Source: Amoebidium appalachense
Lineage: Eukaryota > Protista > Ichthyosporea
DNA length: 64,000 nucleotides
Assembly: GCA_963693365.1 (NCBI GenBank)
Contig: CAVNZM010000011.1
Location: 1,116,001 to 1,180,000 of the forward strand
Direction: 5' to 3'
The notes beneath the pieces are model-generated. The model ran no database searches. It saw nothing but the letters and a program-made list of their open reading frames with translations, and was not told the DNA's origin. Positions 28,630-64,000 of the stretch are shown here, in pieces (position 1 is the stretch's first letter; each line of letters starts with the position of its first letter). A program made the position numbers and the translations under genes.

Positions 28630-30294
28630 ATGTCAGTTCTAAGCAAAGCGAAGGAAACGTTCATCTGGCACTACTCAGATGTCACCCAGCGTCGGAGTGA
28701 TGCCCAGGAAGAGCGCGAGCGCAAGTTCCTCGGCCTGGTGCCCTTCCACCGCCTGATGCTGCTGCCCGCCGCGGTGCTGGTTCAGCTGTGCGTTGGTTCC
28801 CTCTACGCCTGGTCTGTCAACAACATCCCCATTGAGAAGTACGTGGGTGCCACTGCCGGCACAGCCGCCAACACCTTCTACGTGGCCGTGGGCTGCTTCG
28901 GCCCCTCTGCCGCCCTCTTTGGCCCCTGGCTCGAGCGCCATGGCCCCCGCACGGCCCTGCTGCTCTCGTCCACCCTCTTCTTCCTCGGCAACATGTGTGC
29001 CGCCCTGTCTGTGTGGCAGAAGAGCATGGGTGCCCTGTATTTCTCCTACGGCGTAATTGGCGGCTTTGGTCTGGGTCTCTCCTACATCACACCCGTGTCG
29101 CCGCTGCAGAAGTGGTTCCCCGACTACCGTGGGGTTGTGTCCGGTATGGCCGTGTGCGGGTTTGGTGGTGGGTCGATGATTGCCTCCAAGGCCCAGAACT
29201 ACCTCATCAAGCAGTACGAGGTACCGTTGATGTTTGTCATCCTGGGCAGCACATACTTTGTCATCATGATTCTGTGCTCCTTCATTTTGCGCACCCCTCC
29301 ACACGACTTCACTATTCCCCTTCGTGGCCCCAAGGCGTCCAAGGCAGCTGCGGAGGAGGCGCCCCAGAGTGAAGTGCAGACAGGGTCAGTGACGTCACCA
29401 GTGATGAAGGAAAAGGAGGCCAGCAAGAATGTGACCACGGCCGCCGTGCTGACGTTGGACAGCGAGGAGCCTGTGCTGCACGAGCCCGAGATTGAAATGA
29501 CACTGATCGAGGCCATGTTCACCACCGACTACCGCCTGATGTACTTCATGCTTATGGCCAACGCTATTGCCGGTCTCCTGACCATCTCCAAGCTGTCGGA
29601 TATTTGCCAGCAGCAGTTCGGCAAGGATGCCGACCTGGCCTCCACCGTCGTGTCCGTCAACTCTGCTTTTAACCTGACTGGTCGCTGTCTGTGCGGTCTG
29701 CTCTCCGATTTTGTTGGCCGCAAGCCCCTCTTCATGCTGTCCCTCGCCCTTCAGGCCATCATTGCTATCTGCGCCCCCACTATGATCATGAACCTTGCCT
29801 TCTGGCCCTTCGTGATCTGCATGTGGCTGCTCTCCGCCTTCTACGGTGGTGGGTTCGGTCTGATCCCCGCCTTCCTTGCTGACATGTTCGGCACCAAGAA
29901 CATTGGCGCCCTGCACGGTATTATCCTCACCGGATGGTCGTTCATTGGTGTGGTCGGTGGCCTTACCTTCACGGCCGTGTTCAAGAACCAGGTTGCCAAA
30001 TATGGCAAGACGGCGCTTAACGTGTACAACATCAACTACTACTGGATCTCGGCCGTCATCTGGCTGGGGGTGCTCCTCACCCCCCTCATCCACGTGGGTG
30101 TGCGTGACCGCCTGTTCCCCAACATTCCGGGCCAGATCTGTCGCCTGCGCCTGGGCAAGCGTCTCCTGCGTGTGTCGACCACCAAGGGTGTAGAGTACCT
30201 CACCCTGCAGCAGGAGAATGAGGAGTGGAAGGCGTACCTGCTCACCCTGCCCCAGAACCAGCAGCACGGGGCTGACAAGCAGATGAATGCTTAA
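28630..30294 (+). CDS. MFS transporter, OFA/monocarboxylate-like family, copy 3 (more diverged paralogue); intronless, 554 aa
   Basis: Same motifs (QLCVGSLYAWS, SYITPVSPLQKWFPDYRG, SDFVGRK, YGGGFGLIPAFLADMFG), colinear with copies 1 and 2, with its own termini and central loop. Confidence 0.93.
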   Translation: MSVLSKAKETFIWHYSDVTQRRSDAQEERERKFLGLVPFHRLMLLPAAVLVQLCVGSLYAWSVNNIPIEKYVGATAGTAANTFYVAVGCFGPSAALFGPWLERHGPRTALLLSSTLFFLGNMCAALSVWQKSMGALYFSYGVIGGFGLGLSYITPVSPLQKWFPDYRGVVSGMAVCGFGGGSMIASKAQNYLIKQYEVPLMFVILGSTYFVIMILCSFILRTPPHDFTIPLRGPKASKAAAEEAPQSEVQTGSVTSPVMKEKEASKNVTTAAVLTLDSEEPVLHEPEIEMTLIEAMFTTDYRLMYFMLMANAIAGLLTISKLSDICQQQFGKDADLASTVVSVNSAFNLTGRCLCGLLSDFVGRKPLFMLSLALQAIIAICAPTMIMNLAFWPFVICMWLLSAFYGGGFGLIPAFLADMFGTKNIGALHGIILTGWSFIGVVGGLTFTAVFKNQVAKYGKTALNVYNINYYWISAVIWLGVLLTPLIHVGVRDRLFPNIPGQICRLRLGKRLLRVSTTKGVEYLTLQQENEEWKAYLLTLPQNQQHGADKQMNA

Positions 30295-30689
30295 TTAAAG
30301 GCATCACACACGTACCGGCTAGCTCTGCCCGTGTCTTGACCTGTATTTAGTCGCTCGTTCCTTAATGTTTATTACTGAAAAGACGGAAAGTGTAATGCTG
30401 CTGTTATTCGTGTGGCAGTGTGTGTTTAACATTTTAATAATATAACTATATGTCGTTTTTTTAAAAGTTTTTTACAGCCGCCAGTGCTCTGAAGCCAGCC
30501 AGCTGGCGGACTGACAGTGTACAGATGCAATGTATCTTTAACCGGTGGCATCTCCTGTGGGGGTGTGTTGCTTAAAACCGGCCTGCGAGTATATGAATCA
30601 TTAATACTGATAATAATCATGGCCATCAAATTCGTGAGTTTAAGCTCAAGATAACAGTTTGCAACACGTTCCTTGCATCACAGGCATAC

Positions 30690-30924
30690 ATGCACACACA
30701 CACGTAGTACTGCACAAACATACACTTACTGGTACACACGGCTGCACCTTCACACACGCACACGTACACAGATACACACACGCGCGCGATGACAACACAA
30801 CACTCACACTGTACACATGCACAACTGTATGCATGCACACACACAAAACACACACACACACACAGACAGACACACACATATACACCTGAGGCATACGATT
30901 GCAAACACACTTGAGCAAATACAT

Positions 30925-31000
<76 letters not shown>

Positions 31001-31161
31001 CTGGCACAGGTATACACACACCCGAACACACACACACACACACTCTCTCTCTCTGACAGAAAAACACACACAAAGACAGACAGACAGACAGACACATATA
31101 CACACACATGCGCCCGGTGGTGCGCGCGCACACAGACCGTCACACACACGCACACACACGC

Positions 31162-31200
<39 letters not shown>

Positions 31201-31260
31201 ACACAAAACACACAAAACACACAAAACACGCACAACACACAACACACACACACACACATA

Positions 31261-31305
<45 letters not shown>

Positions 31306-31352
31306 CACGCACAACACGCACAACATGCACAACACGCACACACACACGCACG

Positions 31353-31391
<39 letters not shown>

Positions 31392-31424
31392 CACGCACAA
31401 CACGCACACCACACACACCACACA

Positions 31425-31513
<89 letters not shown>

Positions 31514-31667
31514 CACGCACAACACGCACAAGACACACACACATGCACACGCGCACACGCGCACACATACACACATCATGCACACCCACCCACCCACCCA
31601 CCCACCCACCCACACCCACACCCACACACACACATGCACATACACACACACACGCACACGCACACGC

Positions 31668-31702
<35 letters not shown>
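30690..31702. repeat. (CA)n-rich low-complexity region
   Basis: Read directly. Confidence 0.88.
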
Positions 31703-31703
<1 letters not shown>

Positions 31704-32447
31704 CTTCTCCTCGGGGTAAACTTTAACACAGGAATCCCAGCAAGCTGGGAACACCACATGTACACAAATCCTAAGCGCCTAAAGTACGCACACGAATCCT
31801 TTTCAGTATCTACGTAGGCAATCACACACATGAGCATATGTCAAGCAACACACAAAAAACACACATTTCTGGAAAGTTGACACTGTTTTCGTTTTCTCAT
31901 GAAGGTCACCCTTGTGATGGTAGTATGGAATAGTACTAAAGGAAGAAGGAGCACGAGAGTTTCGATTGCATGTCAGCGGGGTACATTTAGCTGAAGGTGA
32001 ACTCCGTTTCGTTTTTTTCTTCATTCCTTTTCCCCGAATCCCTTCACCTTTTCCTTACTTTCATTCTTTTGTTCTCTAGTTTGTCTATTTATCCTTCTAT
32101 CCATCTACTGGAATCTTCTACAATAAGGTCTAGGGATTCTCTATATATTATCTATCTGCGTACTATCTATCTACTAAATATCGTTCATTTTATCATTCAT
32201 TAAGGCTTTCAAGAAGTCTTTTTCTATTCAATGGGGCGGCCGGATAGGGGGGGGGGGGGGGGGGGAGGGGAGGGGGGGGGATTGGAATTCTCACCCTTCA
32301 TGTGATTGCCTGGGCATGGTGTAAGGGCCATGAGCACGGGGAGTGTCGAGTCCCTCACAATCATCCAAGTGCATACAAGGAACAGGTGATACTAGCTAGC
32401 CCACCCTCCCGGCCCATGCAATGGCGGTACAGACATGCATACACACT

Positions 32448-32523
<76 letters not shown>

Positions 32524-32867
32524 TTCTCTCTCTCACTTTCTTCTCTCCCTCCCCCCTTCCCTCTTCTACCCTCCCTCTTCTACCCTCTTTCCCCCATCCC
32601 TCCGAGTCCCCTCTCCCCCCCAAAACACCTTCACATTTCTCCCTCTCTAAGCTCACCACCTCCCCTCCTCTCTCTCTTTTATCCCCCCACCCCCCCCCTC
32701 CTCTTGTGTGTCCGTTACCCCCCCCCCCCCCCCCCCTCCCCCCTCCCCCCCCCCTCCCCCCTCCCCCCCCCCCCCCAACACATACACAGACACAGCAACA
32801 CACACACACGCACGCACACACACACATTCTCTCACTCTCCCCGCCCCCCCTCTCCCTCCTTCTGTCT

Positions 32868-33531
<664 letters not shown>

Positions 33532-33719
33532 CTCGTGACCGGGATATGGGAATAGTATATCGACTCGACGGTTGACTTAGGTTTCCCCCATCCCAAGAGA
33601 ACAGAAAACAGAGGGGGAGGGGAGGGGGGGGGGGGTGTTAAAACGAAGACTACAACCAATCAATTTGAAAATCGCAATGCTGTTTAGAAGTGATTAAGAG
33701 GTGGCGGGTGGCCGGGGGT

Positions 33720-33750
<31 letters not shown>

Positions 33751-34141
33751 GGGGGAGGGGGGGCAGGGAGGGGAGAGAGGGAAGGGGGAAGGAAGGGGGG
33801 GGGGGGGGGGGGGGAGAGCAGGGAGAAGGGGAGGCTGGGGAAGGGGAGAGGGGGGAGAGGAGGGGGCCGGTGTTACCCATTACGTAGTACTGTGCTTATG
33901 ATATGCAACAACGTACAGGTTGCAGACTCCTACAATAAGAGGGGGGGGGGGGGGGGGGGGGGGGGGGGAGGGGGGGAGGAAGGATGGGGACAATGGTACT
34001 GAGGATTACAATCGCACGGTACCAAATAAAAACGAATCACACAGCCGCTAATCAACTGATAAATGCATTATGATAGTGCTCTACGCTCGTTCGAAGCATT
34101 CACCTTGCTTGTGAAACTTGGTGATGGTGGTGGTGGTGGTG

Positions 34142-34205
<64 letters not shown>

Positions 34206-34779
34206 CTCCCGCGTTGAGTGTGGCTTTTTGAGGGGAGAGGGTGGGGGGAGGGGCTGAGTCTTCTATACATTGAGGATTAGAAAGATATGTTACATAACGG
34301 GATGTATGGGGAGGATGCAGAATGACACGGCAATATGACCAAATCGTTGTTTAGGAAAACCTTATTATCACGGGGAAGTAAAATCAATTATCATCACTGA
34401 AGTAATTTATAGTCACAATCAACAGAATCATAAACAGGGTACTAGGGCCAGCCTAGAGTAATACCCTGTTGTCATACAATACACCGCACATGGGATATTC
34501 ACAGTCACCAATACATCAGCATTAATCGAGTCCAGAGGATAACCCTCATTGATCATTCGAACGGATAACTAAAGACACTCTACACCCAGCCGTATTTGTA
34601 CAGATGGTACTGCAGGGCAACCAATCAAAGCGTCATTCGATATATCATACAATGGCTGTTTTACTTCTAAACATATACTATAGTACTAAAAGAAAGACAC
34701 GCAATATGTTTAAAGCACCCGGTACCGTCTAAAATATCCCCTGCTCCCATGTGTCCATGGTGTGTGTGTCTGTGTCTGT

Positions 34780-34854
<75 letters not shown>

Positions 34855-34942
34855 TATGCGCGCACGCACACGCGAATGTGCATGGATACGTGTGTGTACA
34901 CGTGTGTGTGTTTCACGGGGTGTTGTGTGTGCATGCCACCCA

Positions 34943-36853
34943 TCACTTGTTCCTCCTTATCCACCCCTCCACCTCCATTCTCAGTGGATCATCCGCATAG
35001 ACCTTTCTAGCAAACAGTTTGCCCCACCCCACTGCCTCATGCAACATCTTTACATCGTTCAGCCCGAGATAGCATGGGGATGCACCTGGACGCCTGTTCT
35101 CGTGCGACTTGCACAGCCCCCAGTCCAGCTGCACTATTGCCCGGCCCACAAACCCACCGTTCTCGTCACGTGGGGGCTGCCAGCAGGAATGTGCCAGAAG
35201 GGTCTGGAAGTATGCCTCGTCGGATGCAAACACCCTCGGTTGCGAAAAGAATTCGGTCCACGCGTCAGCGGCAGGGCTGTAAATGGAATATGAGGCAAAC
35301 TTCCTCGTGATAAGCATCCAATTAACACCCTTGTACCACGTGAGGCCTCCCGGTGTGTGTGTCAGCCGTGTGCACTCCTTGTTTGCACACCGTGCTGGTG
35401 TGCGCGCACACAGGCCCGGGTTCTGGGCCACCGCCTCTGCACTGCACACGTGGGCGCCCGGGTGGTAGTCGACATAGGTCAGGCCCTGCCTCCTGCCGGC
35501 CACTATCAGTGCGTCCATCTGCCGGAGGGACTGCAGGGGCAGACTGGCCCCACACAGGTTGACGGCCATCTGCCACCCGGCAACCTCCAGCGCCGTCTTC
35601 AGCTGCCGTTTTTGCATCTCAACGATTCCCCATTTGCCCCACTGCACATCCACCCTGTCCTTAACCAGTATCACGTTGAACAGCGTGCCATAGGTTAAGG
35701 CGAAGGCCGTGTAGTCGCTGCCGTTGTATTTAGCGTCCACGTGCACCACAAACACGTGCCTGGGGTGGTAGAGCAGCCGAATATTGTGCGCCACACCTGA
35801 CAGGGTATCACTGTCGTGTGCGCTCAGTAGAATGGCAAGTGGTACTTTGGGCTTCCACCCGTGGGTTGCAATAGGTACCAGATGAAACTGAGCAAGGGCC
35901 TTTTGGTTGAGCCGCTTGCCGTGATATGCAGCCCGCTGGGCCTGTGGGCTAGCCAGGCAGGCATCTTCACTGGCAAGGTTGGCGTCGTTGTAAGCCCCGC
36001 TTTCGGTACTGTAGCTGTATTTGTGTGTCTGTGTTTTGGTTGGGCTCGTGTGTGTTTGTGTTTCGGTTGGGCTCGTGTGTGTTTGTGTTTCGGTGGGGCT
36101 CGTGTGTGTTTGTGTTTCGGTTGGGCTCGTGTGTGTTTGTGTTTCGGTTGGGCTCGTGTGTGTTTGTGTTTCGGTAGGGATCGTGTGTGTTTGTGTTTCG
36201 GTTGGGCTCGTGTATGTTTGTGTTTCGGTGGGGATCGTGGTGGTAGTTGGAAAGTCCGGGGCTGCGGTGGGTTCAGAAACCACGAAATAGTGGGTGGTGC
36301 CAGCTTCACCGATTGTGGGTGTTGTTGCTAGGTGCAGCGCATGCGATTGGGAAACGGTGACATAACCTGTCGTCTGATTGGTACTTGTTGAGGTCACAAC
36401 AGGAATGGCATACTCGGTTTGTGTTCGTGTGTGCTCATGTGTGCACGATTGTGTGGCCATGGGACTGGTTGTGTTACGTCGTGTGACAGTTGGGTAAATC
36501 GTTTTTGTGGTAGTAGTTGTCGACGATCGAAAAATATCCTTGGATCCGCGTACGGACGGTTGTGTGTTTTCGACAGGTAGGGCAATAACATTGTCCGTGC
36601 TTCGCTCCTCGACCGTTACAGTGATCAGTGTAGTGTAAGCCAGAATGTCAAACAGCTTAATTGCGGCCAGGATGGCACCGATTATTGCCAAAATACGCCA
36701 GCGGGAGTTGGCGTAGCTACACAAAGTAATAGCCCCCGACCTAAAAGGCAAGCTTACACTTGGTCTTCTCATTTTTGATGTTGTGTTTGGAGTTTTGAAA
36801 GGTGTGCTCCCGACAGAATGCAAGTCAGTGGTGGGCCACCACACCATTTGCAT
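34943..36853 (-). CDS. Glycosyltransferase family 14 (core-2/I-branching beta-1,6-GlcNAc transferase / xylosyltransferase-like); predicted type II membrane protein; intronless
   Basis: 636-aa ORF with one N-terminal hydrophobic helix (ILAIIGAILAAIKLFDILAY) and a Thr-rich stem. C-terminal domain has GT14-type motifs LAILLSAH, LYHPRHVFVVHVDAK, RVDVQWG, VNLCGASLPL, YKGVNWMLITRKFA, SDEAYFQTL, LFARK. The true start could be the second Met (MRRPS). Confidence 0.85.
   Translation of the reverse strand: MQMVWWPTTDLHSVGSTPFKTPNTTSKMRRPSVSLPFRSGAITLCSYANSRWRILAIIGAILAAIKLFDILAYTTLITVTVEERSTDNVIALPVENTQPSVRGSKDIFRSSTTTTTKTIYPTVTRRNTTSPMATQSCTHEHTRTQTEYAIPVVTSTSTNQTTGYVTVSQSHALHLATTPTIGEAGTTHYFVVSEPTAAPDFPTTTTIPTETQTYTSPTETQTHTIPTETQTHTSPTETQTHTSPTETQTHTSPTETQTHTSPTETQTHTSPTKTQTHKYSYSTESGAYNDANLASEDACLASPQAQRAAYHGKRLNQKALAQFHLVPIATHGWKPKVPLAILLSAHDSDTLSGVAHNIRLLYHPRHVFVVHVDAKYNGSDYTAFALTYGTLFNVILVKDRVDVQWGKWGIVEMQKRQLKTALEVAGWQMAVNLCGASLPLQSLRQMDALIVAGRRQGLTYVDYHPGAHVCSAEAVAQNPGLCARTPARCANKECTRLTHTPGGLTWYKGVNWMLITRKFASYSIYSPAADAWTEFFSQPRVFASDEAYFQTLLAHSCWQPPRDENGGFVGRAIVQLDWGLCKSHENRRPGASPCYLGLNDVKMLHEAVGWGKLFARKVYADDPLRMEVEGWIRRNK
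36020..36235 (-). repeat. Coding 27-bp minisatellite, 8 copies of (S/I)PTETQTHT in the GT14 stem
   Basis: Unit gtgtgtgtttgtgtttcggttgggctc on + strand; in-frame 9-aa repeat in the translation. Confidence 0.9.
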
Positions 36854-37418
36854 AGAGAAAGAAAAGGCTAGATTGTAACCAACATGGACACGGTTATAGC
36901 CATCCGGAGTGTCGTGCCTAACCTATAAAAGAAAAAACTGTCTCGCAGTCGCGTGCATTTTCAGTGAAATGTGGTGGGTAAGACACAAAAGTGACACCCC
37001 CTCAGTGTTTTGTGGCCACAAACTGACGGCCTCACGCAAACTATTTGTGGCTGTCCTATGGTCTATGCTTGCCATGTGCGGCTTGGCTGATGGCTCCCAG
37101 TCCTACTGCAGTTTTGGGCACCAAAAATAGTGGGAAAACATAAACATTTGGCTGGGCTAACACGTGATGAGTGGGTGCCACGTTACCTTCTACCTTCACT
37201 TTTCAACTTGTGACGGGAAAACGAAGGCCCTCACGTAAGGGCGATAACACGATCTATCCGAGCGTAAGGTGATTGGCCCCGAGCGCACCACCAGTAGTCT
37301 CCCCAAACTAATAGTGTTACGGTCACCGCCTCTTTTTCAGGATCACCCACTAATAAGTGCTTCGAAAGTAGTGCCATCTTGTTGATAATCATATGTATGT
37401 AGAGCTAGCATGTGACTA

Positions 37419-37504
37419 TTAAAATAATAATACTAGATGTTTTTGGTATTTATATAAAGCATGCTTTATATAAATACCAAAAACATCTAGTATTATTATT
37501 TTAA
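37419..37504. repeat. Perfect spacerless 86-bp AT-rich palindrome
   Basis: ttaaaataataatactagatgtttttggtatttatataaagca|tgctttatataaataccaaaaacatctagtattattattttaa; 43-bp arms, centre between 37461 and 37462. Confidence 0.95.
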
Positions 37505-38539
37505 GTAAGGTGCATCATGCATTCCACTTTTTAAATTTTTATTAATACCGAAAAATGCCCCTTACCTCGAAAACGCTCGACAGACACAGAGTTTTAGGGA
37601 ACCGTCAACAAGAGGGTGGGCGTTACGAGGCGCACCTGATTGGTGAATTCATTTGCTTATCCGAAGAAGTGTGATCGACCCGGAAAGAATCTTATGTGCT
37701 GTGTAGGACGACTATCTATAACTGATTGAAATGTCGTCCAACAGAAGCCGCAAGATTCCTATCGGCTAGCTCTTTTTTTTTTTCCCCTTTCTTTTCTTTT
37801 TTATTTTTATTTTTTATTTAAGAAAAGTAATAGCGTGATGCTGCTTTGGGTTCTCATATAAAACGCGCATGTGCTTGCTGCCTTTTTGCGTCTCGACAGA
37901 TAGTTAAAGATAGGCTGAACAAATGCTTTGGTGTGACATCGACCCGAATCGATGGTAACCCCGTTCCATCGCAATCTGCCGCTATCAGTTTCCTCGGTTA
38001 CATATTCCACAGTTTTTCGCAGGAAAGTGGCTGTTACCCGGAGGCAGTCTGTGAAATGTGACGTAAATTGATTTGATTTTTTTTATAAAAAAAAATAAAA
38101 ATTGCTTTATTCGAGAGAAAAATGCTCGGGGCTGCGGCATGCATGCGCATGCAGCAAGAGCTGAGTTTTGGGTGCAAGTTGTCATGCGTTGTACGAGAAT
38201 GATTTTGCACCAACCAAATCACAGACATATTCACTTACGGTGCTATTTTTAGTAACCGTCTACCCCCCCCCCCCCCCCCCCCCCCCTCCCCCCCCCCCCC
38301 CCCCACTCCATGCAAGTGCACACGCACGCACACACACATGTACACAAACCCACATTGGGCGCCAACTGACAGCCAAACTCACTAAATTAATTTGATTGTT
38401 TAGCCAAGTTCTAGAAGATGCGCAGTGGGTAAACATCCGAGTATTCAATGGTACCGGTCCTCCTACTAATAGTAGGAGTGTGCTGACGGTGTGCTCGTGT
38501 GTGCGTGTATGCCATCATTATTACTATGAGTGTGTGTGT

Positions 38540-38570
<31 letters not shown>

Positions 38571-38925
38571 GGGAGGGAGGTGGGGGGAGGTGGGGGGGGG
38601 GAAGAGGGATGGAGCTCGAGGCAGGGGTGACAAGTTTTAAAGCTGACTGTGTTCGGATTTACATGATGATCATTCTCTAACGTATACCGATACAATGATT
38701 ACGGACTGGCCATGGGGAAAGGGTCACGATCGGAGGGCCGAGGGGGCGAAAGGGGAGCAGTTATTGCACTGCACGTTTTGAAATGGGCAAGATACACAGA
38801 CACGTTACGTTCAACAAATGCCATGCTCATTATTATTATGTGTAATGCCACTACTAGTGACATGGCATAATTTGCGCATGTTGAACACAGGGGTGAATAC
38901 GTGTGTGTAGAGCCCACTTTTGGAG

Positions 38926-38966
<41 letters not shown>

Positions 38967-39399
38967 GGGGGGGGGGATGAAAAGACAACTCGTAGCCTGC
39001 TTGTGTCATCAGAGAACCTTTCATGGGATATTAATACTTCATTCGATACTTAGACGGTAATGCCATATGCGTCCATTTAGTAAAAGCACACAAAACAAGC
39101 CAAAGGTACGGTGCTCCCGTATCCATTCGACAATGCCTCTTGCACATTCACATTTCTCAAGGCTCAAACTTTCATTATGTACATACAGTATCAATAAGTC
39201 ACCGTCTAGCCATGCGAGGAGAGACCAGCGTGCAACTCAACAACTCAAAACAGCTCGCATCCAAAAAGAATGCCGTAGAGAATTCTAAATTTTCACCACA
39301 AAGTCACCGTGTTGGCACTGAGGCAGATACATACAGTTCCTACCATAGTCTACAAATCATTCGCAGCAACCAATATGCAACTATGCTTATCATATAAGA

Positions 39400-63762
<24,363 letters not shown>

Positions 63763-63888
63763 CTGCCCAAAAACCATACCATGAGCATGCATCACTTATG
63801 CCCTTATCCTCCACCCCGTGTCACTCCAACCTCCCCCTCCACACCCCCCTCCCCCCCCTCCTCCCCCCCCTTTCCCCCCCCCAAAAAT

Positions 63889-63921
<33 letters not shown>

Positions 63922-64000
63922 CGCACACACGCACACACACACACACACACACTCTCTCTCTCTCGGTACGAGCACCACATACACAGGCAGGCAACTGACG

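Noticed and set aside
36924-36966. TATAAAAG on + strand near the GT14 5' end
   Set aside because: Wrong strand for GT14, no TCAGTY at +31, and no credible + strand gene downstream.

Overview
Eukaryotic genomic DNA in which introns and intergenic DNA are saturated with poly-G/poly-C tracts and (GT)n, (GA)n, (GGGT)n and (GCAC)n microsatellites, so almost all ORFs in the supplied track are repeat artefacts. I can support five genes. Three are intronless + strand paralogues of an OFA/monocarboxylate-type MFS transporter (8637-10325, 16103-17767, 28630-30294). One is an intronless - strand GT14 (core-2/I-branching/xylosyltransferase-like) glycosyltransferase with a Thr-rich repeat stem (34943-36853). 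The fifth, split across many short fragments in the ORF track, is a canonical Dicer on the - strand that I reconstructed by hand as 33 GT-AG exons from 63762 down to a stop at 39400 (about 1340 aa: helicase motifs III-VI, DUF283, platform-PAZ, RNase IIIa, RNase IIIb, dsRBD). Its 5' end lies beyond the window and one junction is 1 nt out of phase. Notable non-coding structure: a TA-flanked Tc1/mariner-type MITE inside a Dicer intron, a perfect 86-bp palindrome just 3' of Dicer, a second 35-bp inverted-repeat element, a 27-bp hairpin flanked by a 7-bp direct repeat, tandem duplications spanning Dicer splice sites, an identically spaced TATA + TCAGTY initiator in three otherwise unalignable MFS promoters, and patchy gene conversion among the MFS copies. 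The organism cannot be identified from sequence alone; a unicellular opisthokont is only a guess. All alignments and translations were done by eye.
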